DNA of 63,986 nt, counting the filler, from Barthelona sp. PAP020 (lineage: Eukaryota), in the NCBI GenBank assembly GCA_040182905.1. It is 7 parts of 7 records of this genome, joined end to end, with 100 filler letters (N's around TTAATTAATTAA, not from the genome) between each part and the next. Parts side by side here need not be neighbours in the genome. Positions count along the whole stretch, not along the records: positions 47,547 to 56,620 come from JARQWU010000431.1; positions 56,721 to 63,986 come from JARQWU010000498.1; 5 more parts are not named here. One strand, written 5' to 3'. The notes under the pieces were generated by a model, which ran no database searches, was not told where the DNA came from, and saw only the letters and a list, made by a program, of their open reading frames with translations. Positions 49,723 to 59,968 of this stretch are shown one piece after another. Every line of letters starts with the position of its first letter. The stretch's first letter is position 1. Made by a program: the position numbers and the translations under genes.

Positions 49723-49769
49723 TGAAATTTGTAAAAAAAAAAATATTTACAATATTTTTGAATGTTGAA

Positions 49770-50264
49770 ATGAATACAGATGAGACTTTTATCCCATTAA
49801 AAGAAGGTTTGGCAATTATTGAACAAGCTTTTCGAATTTTTGATCCTTATAACCATGGAACAATATCATTTCAAGACGCTTCCCATATTTTCCATTTATT
49901 GGGTTTAAAATCTCCAACAACATTAAGTTTCATGTTAGATGTAACATTAGATCAATTAAAAGATTTATTTATAAAGCGAGCTGTGAAGGAACCTTTGCTT
50001 TTGTTTATTGAACAGTTTTTTTCATTTGGAATACAAACAAATACCCACCAAAGTGATAATAAAATGTCATATGAGCAATTATATGAATTAATTGCTGAAA
50101 AAGCAATTTTACATCAAAGTGGTATTCCATCCAATCAATTGGATAGAATAATTGAAGATTTATGGTTGGAATTAAATCCCAACTTAATAAACGACGGTGC
50201 AATTACTTTGGGTGATTTTAGACGTTTCTTTGAAAAGTTTTACGAATTTTCCGCAGAGATGTAA
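49770..50264 (+). CDS. Divergent EF-hand protein
   Basis: EQAFRIFDPYNHGTISFQD and DGAITLGDF EF-hand-like loops. Confidence 0.6.
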   Translation: MNTDETFIPLKEGLAIIEQAFRIFDPYNHGTISFQDASHIFHLLGLKSPTTLSFMLDVTLDQLKDLFIKRAVKEPLLLFIEQFFSFGIQTNTHQSDNKMSYEQLYELIAEKAILHQSGIPSNQLDRIIEDLWLELNPNLINDGAITLGDFRRFFEKFYEFSAEM

Positions 50265-50613
50265 TTTGTTTTGCAATAAATTATTCCAAATATATTTTAT
50301 GCTATTTTTGTCGGTTTTTATGTAATTTTTGTAAATGTATTTGAAATTTTTCAGTTTTTTGAATTTTTTTTTTTGGAATAGAAATTTATTTCCATATTGA
50401 AATATTACTAAAGGCATATTTGTTCGATAGTATGTTACAAAAAAAAAGAAACGAAGATTATTGTTTTTTGAGTAAAACTTCTTTTTGTTGGATTTATTTT
50501 GTAAATTTGGTTGAAATAAATTTTATTTGCTTCAATTTTGCAATTTTTTTGTTAATAAAATAAAATATTTAATGAAATTAATTCATAGTGAAAAATATTA
50601 ATTAATTTATATA

Positions 50614-51768
50614 ATGACTCAAGAAAAGAAAGGTATCAATGTCAAGATGGCATTGGCTATTACAGGTTAATTATGGTATTTGATTCATATTTCTGACATT
50701 TTAGGAATGATGATATTTGGAACTGGAACAATGGTTTCGTCTAAAATGCAAATGCAAATGAAAGCTTTTGGACGTAATCACCATCGTCATTTTTTTGAAA
50801 AGCCCTGGTTTCAATCTACATCTATGTTTTTATCCATGTCTATTTCTATGATTGTTTATTTTATTGATAAAGCTATGTCCAAGAGTGATTCAAAGAAAAT
50901 TACTCCTTTAATTAATGGTTCACAAGAAAGTCAGGAATCTGAAAAAAATAACTCTGCTTTCTTTTTAATTGGAGTGCCTGCTTTGTTTGATCTATTGGCT
51001 ACAACTTTAATGTCATTTGGTTTGATATTTATCAATGTTTCCATCATGCAAATGCTTAGAGGTTCTATGACTATTTTCTCTGCTATTTTATCCATTATTT
51101 TTTTGAAGAAATCTTTAAAGAAACATGAGTGGTTCGGTATTTTGTTGGTATTTATTGCTTTGTTGATGGTTGGTTCTTCTTCTGTTATTGGAGCTATGGT
51201 TTCAAATGTTGGTGGACAAAGACCTTGGGAACAACAATTGTTGGGAGTCATTTTAGTTGTTTGTTCTCAATTTGTTCAAGCTTGCCAAATCGTTGTTGAA
51301 GAACATTTATTGTCAAATTTCAATGCTTCTCCTTTCTTGGTTGTCGGTATGGAAGGTGTTTGGGGATTCATTCTTTGTTGTTGTTTCTTTTTACCTATGG
51401 CACAATTCTTCCGTAATGAAGCCTTTGGTGAAGATTCAGTTGATACTTTCATGATGTTATCTGTCAGTAAAGAAATTAAAATAGCTGTTGCTGTGTATTT
51501 GATTTCAATTTTGATGTTAAATATTTCTGGTATGGTTGTTACTCAACAATCTTCTGCTGTTTTCAGAACAATTATGGAATCTTTAAGAACTTTAGCCATT
51601 TGGGTAACTAATCTTTTTATTTTTTATGTCTTCCCTAATTCTGGATTTGGTGAAGATTGGAATACTTGGTCATATTTACAATTAGCTGGTTTTGTTTTGT
51701 TATTCCTTGCCACATTAATCAACAAAGGTATGTATGAAGTTCCCGGGTTCCATTATAAGAAAGAATAA
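50614..51768 (+). CDS. SLC35F6-like drug/metabolite transporter; two exons, join(50614..50665,50705..51768)
   Basis: FEKPWFQ..SMFL.M, PALFDL.ATTL, SIMQMLRGS..IFSA, Q.VQA.QIVVEE, VVGMEGVWG; about 10 TM helices; 39-nt intron near the 5' end. Confidence 0.88.
50666..50704 (+). other. Spliceosomal intron, 39 nt (GTTAAT...TCTGAC-ATTTT-AG)
   Basis: Contains an in-frame TAA; removal gives MTQEKKGINVKMALAIT-G-MMIFGTG; CTGAC branch point. Confidence 0.8.
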
Positions 51769-51885
51769 TGATATAATTATTTTTGAAAAGAAAATCGGTG
51801 ATATATAAAATTAGTGTTAGTTTTTTTTTGCTTTGTTTTTGCGTTGATTCATGTTTTTTAATTATTAGTCGAATTTCAGCATTCA

Positions 51886-54800
51886 ATGTCATGCAAATTT
51901 ATTGATTTGTGTGTTTTAATCATTTTCTTTAGTGTAATTTATTGTTTTAATAATGTTGCCAAAAATTATTCTGATGTTTCTGATTTTTTCTTTCAATCGA
52001 TAATATATCCAGAGAATGAAATAATATATCCTTTTATTTCACCGACATCTGAAGATCATATTTGCATTTTTAATGTGGAAACTACAATTGTATCAATTTA
52101 TGAAATGTTCTCCACATTTTCTACTGTATACACAAATTCTAAACAATATATTTTTGATCCTTCATCTTTCCAATATCGCTTTGATGATATTGATGAAGAA
52201 AATCAAGAAAAACCTAAATTGTTTGGTATTAAAACAAATTGTTTATTGGATGAAAGATTTGTTTTTGATGTTAATTTAAATAAATATGAAAAAATATTTA
52301 ATATCTATGAGTATTATTCAAATTTTCATTCTTTAATTACTACCTATAATACATTTTTGATAAAGCTAAAAAATGATGAAAATACTGAAGGTTCGAGTCA
52401 AATTTCACAAAAATATACCATTTTAAATCAATACCAAACAAAAATGCAAGCAAATTATTATTCTTTGCGACAAATTCTTAAAAGTTCAATAGATTTTGTT
52501 TATGATGATTTTGATGAATTTTTGAAGAAATATAATCAACGTTTATTGTTAGGAGATGATCCTTTATTAATCATTAAAAATATTTTAAGCATTTATCAAA
52601 AAAGTTGCTACGATTACCTTTTAGATTTCATTGATAATCTGATGGATACTGTTGATCTGTGTTTCAATTCATTTGTTCAAAAAAATAAATTTTGTGATGG
52701 AATCTTTCAAATTGAACCTGCCGATTTTGTTTCCAATGTTAATATTAGTCAAATACAAATACTTGCTAGCACTGAAAGTGTAAATAAAAAATGGTTTGAA
52801 AAAATATTAACGTGTGTGCTTTCCAATGACAGTTTATGTTTGACCGAATTGGGAAGAGAAGTTTCCAGAGAAGCATATTACTTTTCTTTTGAATCAAATT
52901 GGAATAATATTATGTATGAATCGTTTTCAGCAAAACAAAGTGAGGATCTTTCGCAAATTTTTTTTCAAAGTCATAACATTTCAAACTATGGCATCTATTT
53001 ATTCGCAACAATTGTCTTTACAGAAGATGAATTTGTTGAAATCATTGATAGTCCCCTTCTTTCCAATGGTTTATCCGGCGTAGATTTCAGTTTTGCAGCT
53101 GTTTTTGATCACATTTTTGATGACATGTTTGGAGATACATTAAATGAAGCGGATACAAGTAATAATTTTGGTTGTAAATCTGGATATTACATTTCGGATG
53201 CTCAATGTCAGCCTTGTCCTGTTGGTATGTATTGTCCCACAGCTATTACACAATATTCATGCGTGAATAAACCAGAAGATGCCACATATTATGTTACAGG
53301 AGTTGCAACACCCAATTGCCCTTTTAAATGCAATGAGATTTATTATTATCCTGTTGATAATGAATGTATCTACTATCCTTATTATGAATTGGATGACAAT
53401 ATCATTGTTGCATGTGCAAACATTCCTGGCCTGACTCTAGTTTCGGCAGATAAAGCACAGATAGCTTGTGAACGGAAAATTATCGATCAAATAATTATTA
53501 TTGATCGAAACTTTGATGGATCGATTGGATTCTCTTTGTCTATTGATATTGATGTAGACATAGGAAGTTTTCCAGAAGGTGAAGAATTCACTTCCAAAAT
53601 GACAGTTGGATTGGTTGAATTTGTTGGGCAGTGGGAACTGTATCTTAAACCATTGGTACATTATGGTACAATTGTAGAAGGTTTGGTCTGTCTTAGTTCA
53701 GTTGATGAAATTATTGGTTGCAGTGGTAACGTTCGATTGGATGGTTCCATGAATTTAACTGTATTTTATCAACCAAATAATGATTTAGTTGTTTTTAATA
53801 TTGATAGTACTTTGCATGCGATGCGATGCTTAACAGATATGAGTTCAACACCAGGAACTTACTTGCGTCTTGGAGGTTATTTGGGACGCATAGATAATTC
53901 ACTACATAATGCAATGAAAGGGTACATTTTTAATTATATTTTTCGATCTTATTATGCTTTGGGACCCTCATTTATCAGTCCACAATTACCTTCATATTTT
54001 TCGAAGGAAAATATTGTTGAAACTTGGCCATTTAATATTGACATGTCATTTGACCAAACTCAAGATATTTTTTCAACGTGTTCTAATGGTTATCTAACCT
54101 TAGAAATCCCTTCAAATTATATGGTTATCGTTCATATTCGATGTCCCAGTTGTTCATTGGAAGCTATTAAGCTCTATGAAATCCAATTTATTGATGAGTC
54201 TGGTGAGGTAATTACGCCATCGTTTTGCAAGGCACCAAGTTCAAATATTCATTGTTTGTTTTTGTTTGACAATAAACACATGCTTCAAGATAATCCATTG
54301 GAGTTTCATTTGCTTAATCGTAATGATTTTCTGCTGGGTGTTATTTTTGACCAAAGCACAGTTTACATTTCTCAGGTCAAGATTTTTGGTCCTGAATTAA
54401 ATATTCAAGATGCCACAATTCAACTCTTAGTAAAGAAAATTTCAGATTTGAATTTCAAAGTGTATCAAGATCCTTATTTATTTTGGTTACCTGGTATTCC
54501 TTTGACTCAAAGAGTATTATTTCCAACTTCAGAGCCTTGGAATCCAACTTGGATTGTTTTAAAGAATGAAAATTCTCATTTTGTTGGAATTATTGACGGA
54601 ATTGATGCACCAGCCACAACTCTTTTATCTTATCCACAATTTTACAAGTGTGCATCATGTCCTTCTAATTCTATTGGAGTTGAATTGCCAGCTTTAGCTT
54701 TGAGTGATTGTATATGTCCAACAGGTACCATTAGATCTGGAAAAAACTGTTTCACAGTGAGCAGTCAATCTGTTGTTATTACACCATCTATAATGGAAGG

Positions 54801-56280
54801 AACATATAAAGTTGGTCAGATTTTGAGCTTTTATGTTTCAGGTGCTTCAACGGGAATTTTTAGTTTTTATGTTCTTCTTACCAATGGCGGAAGTTTTTAC
54901 ATGTTAAAAAATATTAGTTCTTCAGAAATATCGTTAACACAAGGTTGTACCATTTTGACAACTTTAGTATTACCTTCTGGTCAAACTGTTGGTCCTTTGA
55001 AACAAACATTTGTGGTAAATCCACAGGTAATTACACCTAAAATTATTCCTTCATCTACAATACTGAAGGTTGGTCAGATTATTACTGCTTGGTCACAAAC
55101 CAAACATACTTACATTAAATATAAGTATGGCATACACGATAATGTTGCAAATGGGTTTGAAATATCAAATACTCCTTTGATTTTCAATGGTACGAATATG
55201 ATCATTTCATTTCAAGCTTTTAGATATGATGAACACAATGAATTAAATTACCAACCATCTGAAACATGTACTTACATTTTTTCATCAGTTTCAACAACCC
55301 AAAAGTTTTCAGTGACCATATCTTTGTGGTTTCTATTATTCGCAATGCTATTGTTAGTCATTAAAACTGTATATGATTGTGTAGGCACCATCCGTTTAAC
55401 AAATGTGTATGATCAACTTAAGAATTCACAGTCTTTTGATTTTACTCCTGATGTTGAGCAAACTTTATTGAAAATCTCACCTGAGGAAGTGATCAAAATA
55501 ATTGAGACTTTTCAACGTTTTGCGTTGTCTTTTATTCCTTCTGTCTTAAATGCAAATGTAAACATGAATGTTGCTTCAAATGGTAGTTGTGGTCTGAAAT
55601 TGATTGATCTTTATTTATTTTGTTCAGAGCAATGTTTATCTTTGCCAACCTTTTTCAGAATGATGAAGCATGCTCCAATTAATATTAAGGCTCTGTTTCA
55701 TCAGGCTTTGCTGTGTGAAGAATGTGGGTTGTTTCTTCCAAATGATCGAGATTATTCTGCTTCTTGGTTAGTCGAATGTAATTTGCAAAAGCCAGCACTC
55801 AAAGACAGGTTTAAGCAACTTTGTAGAACTTGCTTTTTGGAACGAATTGCAAACGGAAACGTTCAAAACTTTTATTGTCGATTGAATAAATGTGATCTAT
55901 GTTACATTGAGGATATTTGTCATTTAGGGATGCATAAAGTTGAAAGAAAGTTTAGTTACATGGCAACTTTTATCGAAAACTATTTATATCAACCTCCTTG
56001 TCAATTGAATTTTTGTTCTAATTGTCTCATTTCATCATGTGAGAATTGTTTGAATTTGAATCCATGGGAATGTACTTCCCAAGAAATTGATGAATATAAC
56101 GAGGTAAAAGTTGTTGATTTATTGCATAAACCTCAAAAAGTCCATAAATTTTGTGATATTTGTGAATTTACGGAGGCTTTTGTTCATTGCAGTCATTGTG
56201 GCCTTGATTTGTGTTTTATTTGTGATGCTTTAATTCATAAATCCTTTGATGAAGTTCATAACAGATTGATTATCACTTGA
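51886..56280 (+). CDS. Large type I membrane protein: signal peptide, Cys-rich ectodomain repeats, TM, Cys-rich cytoplasmic tail ending in a B-box
   Basis: Hydrophobic N-terminus; CKSGYY...CQPCPVGMYCP and CASCPSNS..CICPTG; TM ISLWFLLFAMLLLVI; C-terminal CDICE..EAFVHC.HC...LC..CDALIH....HNR. Confidence 0.75.
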   Translation: MSCKFIDLCVLIIFFSVIYCFNNVAKNYSDVSDFFFQSIIYPENEIIYPFISPTSEDHICIFNVETTIVSIYEMFSTFSTVYTNSKQYIFDPSSFQYRFDDIDEENQEKPKLFGIKTNCLLDERFVFDVNLNKYEKIFNIYEYYSNFHSLITTYNTFLIKLKNDENTEGSSQISQKYTILNQYQTKMQANYYSLRQILKSSIDFVYDDFDEFLKKYNQRLLLGDDPLLIIKNILSIYQKSCYDYLLDFIDNLMDTVDLCFNSFVQKNKFCDGIFQIEPADFVSNVNISQIQILASTESVNKKWFEKILTCVLSNDSLCLTELGREVSREAYYFSFESNWNNIMYESFSAKQSEDLSQIFFQSHNISNYGIYLFATIVFTEDEFVEIIDSPLLSNGLSGVDFSFAAVFDHIFDDMFGDTLNEADTSNNFGCKSGYYISDAQCQPCPVGMYCPTAITQYSCVNKPEDATYYVTGVATPNCPFKCNEIYYYPVDNECIYYPYYELDDNIIVACANIPGLTLVSADKAQIACERKIIDQIIIIDRNFDGSIGFSLSIDIDVDIGSFPEGEEFTSKMTVGLVEFVGQWELYLKPLVHYGTIVEGLVCLSSVDEIIGCSGNVRLDGSMNLTVFYQPNNDLVVFNIDSTLHAMRCLTDMSSTPGTYLRLGGYLGRIDNSLHNAMKGYIFNYIFRSYYALGPSFISPQLPSYFSKENIVETWPFNIDMSFDQTQDIFSTCSNGYLTLEIPSNYMVIVHIRCPSCSLEAIKLYEIQFIDESGEVITPSFCKAPSSNIHCLFLFDNKHMLQDNPLEFHLLNRNDFLLGVIFDQSTVYISQVKIFGPELNIQDATIQLLVKKISDLNFKVYQDPYLFWLPGIPLTQRVLFPTSEPWNPTWIVLKNENSHFVGIIDGIDAPATTLLSYPQFYKCASCPSNSIGVELPALALSDCICPTGTIRSGKNCFTVSSQSVVITPSIMEGTYKVGQILSFYVSGASTGIFSFYVLLTNGGSFYMLKNISSSEISLTQGCTILTTLVLPSGQTVGPLKQTFVVNPQVITPKIIPSSTILKVGQIITAWSQTKHTYIKYKYGIHDNVANGFEISNTPLIFNGTNMIISFQAFRYDEHNELNYQPSETCTYIFSSVSTTQKFSVTISLWFLLFAMLLLVIKTVYDCVGTIRLTNVYDQLKNSQSFDFTPDVEQTLLKISPEEVIKIIETFQRFALSFIPSVLNANVNMNVASNGSCGLKLIDLYLFCSEQCLSLPTFFRMMKHAPINIKALFHQALLCEECGLFLPNDRDYSASWLVECNLQKPALKDRFKQLCRTCFLERIANGNVQNFYCRLNKCDLCYIEDICHLGMHKVERKFSYMATFIENYLYQPPCQLNFCSNCLISSCENCLNLNPWECTSQEIDEYNEVKVVDLLHKPQKVHKFCDICEFTEAFVHCSHCGLDLCFICDALIHKSFDEVHNRLIIT

Positions 56281-56620
56281 TTTATTTTTTATGTGATTCA
56301 ATGAACCTTTCAATCAAATGTTTGACTAAATGAGTAATTTTTTGGGTTTTCATCCATACTTGGAACTATTGGTTAATTATAGTCTTTCAGGCGATTTTAT
56401 GCTCTATTTATTGAATAAATAATTTGTAATTTCTATTTTAAACTGATTTTCATTTCATTTTAAATACTTAATCAAATCAAACAAGCTTTCTAACCAAAGT
56501 ATAACTGTCATTTTCGAAAATTACTGAACTTCACTGCTCCAAACTCAGAATTTGAAGCAAAACACCCCCCCCCCCCCCCCCCCCACCCCCACAAAAGAAA
56601 TTAAAAAAAAAAAAAAAAAA

Positions 56621-56720
56621 NNNNNNNNNNNNNNNNNNNNNNNNNNNNNNNNNNNNNNNNNNNNTTAATTAATTAANNNNNNNNNNNNNNNNNNNNNNNN
56701 NNNNNNNNNNNNNNNNNNNN
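56621..56720. other. Artificial contig spacer (preceded by poly-C and poly-A runs)
   Basis: 100-nt N/TTAATTAATTAA linker. Confidence 0.97.
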
Positions 56721-56906
56721 TTTATCAAATGTTTATTATTTTGTCGAGTGAATAAGTCATTTCAAACAGCCAGGATTCAAATTCAAGCTTTCCCAACTAC
56801 TCATTTCAATAACACACCGTATATAAAAGCTTTCGTATACCTTTTCTTGTACCTAACGTGAAATTGTACCTAACGTGAAATTGTCCAATGTGAATTTGTT
56901 AAATTG

Positions 56907-56918
56907 GAGACTCGATCC
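56907..56918 (-). promoter_or_regulatory. Extragenic B-box-like motif GGATCGAGTCTC downstream of tRNA-Gly
   Basis: Same 12-mer and offset as behind tRNA-Tyr. Confidence 0.55.
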
Positions 56919-56946
56919 TCGTTAAGTAAAAGATAAGTTGAAAATA

Positions 56947-57017
56947 TGCGATATCCGGGAATCGAACCCGGTTCCCCAGCTTGGAAGGCTAGTATTCTAC
57001 CAGTAGACCAATAACGC
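56947..57017 (-). tRNA. tRNA-Gly(TCC)
   Basis: GCGTTAT/ATATCGC acceptor (one U-U mismatch), CTAGC-CTTCCAA-GCTGG anticodon arm, CCGGG-TTCGATT-CCCGG T arm; 71 nt. Confidence 0.92.
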
Positions 57018-57184
57018 TTGATAAACTTTTTTGTTTGTATTGTTGAAAGTGATATTTCAATGAAAAATTTTTTTGATAATTAAAATTGAAAGAAGAACAC
57101 TTTATTTTTAAACAAATTAAACACTTGTTCAATTATAAAAATTTCGGAGAAATACTCCATTCCAATCTTTTTATATTTCTATAA

Positions 57185-57705
57185 TTGGTTTAGTTGTAAA
57201 AAAACTGTATCTATTTTCAAAGAGAGCAAACTCAGAAAATTCATTTATTAGATATTTATGAGGTATGAGTTGTTCAGTGAACAACGAAACGAGTTAGCTT
57301 AAGGTTTGGGAGAAAACTCACGTGGATTCAGATGCCCAAGTAACTTAAAAAATTGGACCTAAAGATGGTCAAGAAATAACAAATAATGGAAGTGATATTT
57401 GATGACCTCTCTATATCTCCAATAAATTCCGTTCATTGAGCATGAACTTCCACATTTAGCAAATTTCAGCTACACATTTTCTGCGGTTGTAATTGAATCT
57501 TGCTCATCAAATATGAAAATTTTGGAAATTTTCTATTCCAATTTTCTTTTTGCAAAAACAAAATTTTTAAGTTTTATTTTTCATTTTTAAAAAAATTAAA
57601 AATTTCAACAGATCAATCGGGACTCGAAAACCTTTGGTCAAACAAACACAATTCTTTCTACTCATTCATACACACTGTACTACTTGATCTGAAAATAATT
57701 ACTTA
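57185..57705 (+). mobile_element. Diverged family R1 copy carrying an R2 insertion; further decayed R1-like sequence to about 58040
   Basis: TTGGTTTAGTTGTAAA...CTCAGAAAATTCAT|R2|TTTAGCAAATTTCAG...TCAACAGATCAATCGGG..CGAAAACCTTT. Confidence 0.7.
57246..57454 (+). mobile_element. Family R2, second full copy
   Basis: Near-identical to 38241-38448. Confidence 0.88.
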
Positions 57706-58107
57706 AGCATACTCTAGCACATAAATTGAGCATACAAAATATATACATGTGATGTTCAAATTTTGGAAAAATTATTCTTCCCTGTTATTCCAACTTTTAC
57801 AAACCAAAATTTTCAAAGTACTTCTTTCACTTTAGAGAAATTCAATAGTTTAAACAATAAATCAGGTCTCCAAATCTTTCACAAATTTTCACTATTCTCT
57901 TTCATTTATCAATGTGCATATTGCTTTTAAGTTTAATAAATAAGCAAATCATTAAAATAACATGGTAATGAGTTACTGGATCTCTCCATTTGACAAACTT
58001 GGGGACATTACAATTTTGCTTCACAGCTGGACAAATTACTCTATTCTTTTGAATTTTTCCAAGAATAATTGTTACAATTTAAAAATTAACGCTTCTTTGT
58101 AAAAAAG

Positions 58108-58845
58108 AAATGAGGGTTGTTTACAAGGCAATCATTTTTGGCGAATAGATATTTTTCGATTCTTCCTTTTTCCCTCAAGGTACAGAATTTTTCCTTAACC
58201 TGCCCCGCATGAAAAATTGCACAATTAGGATAAATTTTAAAAATATGGGAGTTTCAAGCTTTTTTCAGCAATTAATAAACCAGTATTTCACACCCTGCAT
58301 GGGCATGGCTCTCCTTCGAAAGCCCATGAAAGAGTAAGTCTCAAAAAAGAGAGGTTCCTTTCAAGAACGCTGGACCCCCCGAAAAAAATAAAGATTTTTG
58401 AGCTGGTGCAGCGAAATTTTCAATATCTGAACATATTCAACTCGTATAGGTTGCAATACTTGTACTTTAATAAATGAATCAGTTTACATCTAGAACTCCA
58501 CATATGTGGAAGAGATATTTACCAAATCATTAAGAAAGAATAGGTTTCCTTGTCACCTTTCAAAAGTTTCAAAAGTTTGGAGTGAAAAAAATTTATTTTA
58601 CATTATCTGTTTTGTTGTTGGTTTAGTCCGTTTTTCACGAATTCAACTTTCTTTTTTTTTTTTATAGAGGGAAAGAAAGATCACGCTACTTACATCTCAA
58701 CCACAACCCCCACACCTAAGAGTTGGATATAAACTGTTCAGAATTTATTGTTGAAATAAGGTCTATTATTTATTGGTCAATTGAGATTCCCAGTCTCCCA
58801 TTTGGGTAAGTTCGGGAAAAGGTTCGTACAAGAAGAAAAATAAAC
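58108..58845 (+). mobile_element. Non-coding A-C-B derivative of the YR retroelement ends, opposite orientation; B split by about 360 bp (58397-58756)
   Basis: 58108-58396 is a diverged reverse complement of 59132-59449; 58757-58845 is the reverse complement of about 59762-59852. Confidence 0.8.
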
Positions 58846-59071
58846 AATACGTAATCTCAAAATGTGGGCTTGCTGTTTGGAGCAGAAAATAAAACTTATG
58901 GAAATCCTTTTCACTTTACCGCCAAAACGATTGTTACCGATCACTTCCAATACTGGAAACTTTGTCTGCGTATGTTATTATCTTTCTCTGTCGCGGTAAC
59001 CAGGGCGTCTATAAACTTAAATGAAAACTAATTTGATGAGGTCAAAAATTTTTTTTCCTTTGCGCAAAACG

Positions 59072-59449
59072 TTTTCCAAAACTTTCCAAACTTGAGAACT
59101 GGTGCCTTAGGTGATTCTTAAAAAAGAACCCTTAATCTTCATTCTATTCGGGGGATTCCAGTGTTTCTTTCAGGAACATCTCTTTTTTGAGACCTACTCT
59201 TTCATAGGCTGTCATATAAGAGCTACCCCTTATACTGAGTGTGAAATATTGAATTACTAATTGTACAAAAGAGCTTAAAGCTGCGATCTCTTTAAAATTT
59301 GTCCTAATTGTGCAAGTTTTCATGCATTCACCGTGATAGGTCAAAAATTTAGGGGTAGGTTAAGGAAAAGTTCCGTACCTCGAGGGAAAAAGGAAGAATC
59401 GGAAAATTTCGATTCCCAAAAATACCAGGCTTGTGAACAACCCTCATTT
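59072..59449 (-). mobile_element. A2-C-B2 block: split direct repeats or non-autonomous mini-element of the YR retroelement
   Basis: 59338-59449 nearly equals 63866-63978 (A); 59072-59182 is a diverged copy of about 59788-59900 (B). Confidence 0.8.
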
Positions 59450-59968
59450 CATAAATTTAAAAGACTTTTATTTTTATGTTAACCCATTACGTTGGGTTTG
59501 GTACAGTTAAAAGTTTTTGATGACGGAGATTTTGGGATGTTCGACGCCTAAAAAGAAAGAATGCGACCTAAGGGATTAAATTCAGGATTCTTGAAGTAAA
59601 GAATTGTTCTTGTTGACATCATCTCTATGTTTGAGGTCTTATCTGAAGTTTCTTCGACTTTTGTTCAACTCTCCAAGTAATGCTTGTATCTTAACTACTG
59701 TCCTATATGTGGGTTACACATGTCTTCTTTATGAAAATGTTTGAAAAATCTTTACATTTTATTATTTATTTTTCTTCTTGTACGAACCTTTTCCAGAACT
59801 TTCCCAAATTAGAGACTGGGAAATCTCAGTTGACTAATAAATAATAAACCTTAATCTTTATTCTTTTCGGGGGGTCCAGCGTTCCTAAAAGGAACCTCTC
59901 CAATTGTCCTGGACCAACCCGAAAATAAAGATAGGCTCAACCAAGGTTAAGATTACAGTTTATTCAAC

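Noticed and set aside
56565..56620. Poly-C and poly-A runs as a telomere or G-quadruplex element
   Set aside because: Homopolymers at a contig end, likely where the assembly broke; no telomeric unit.
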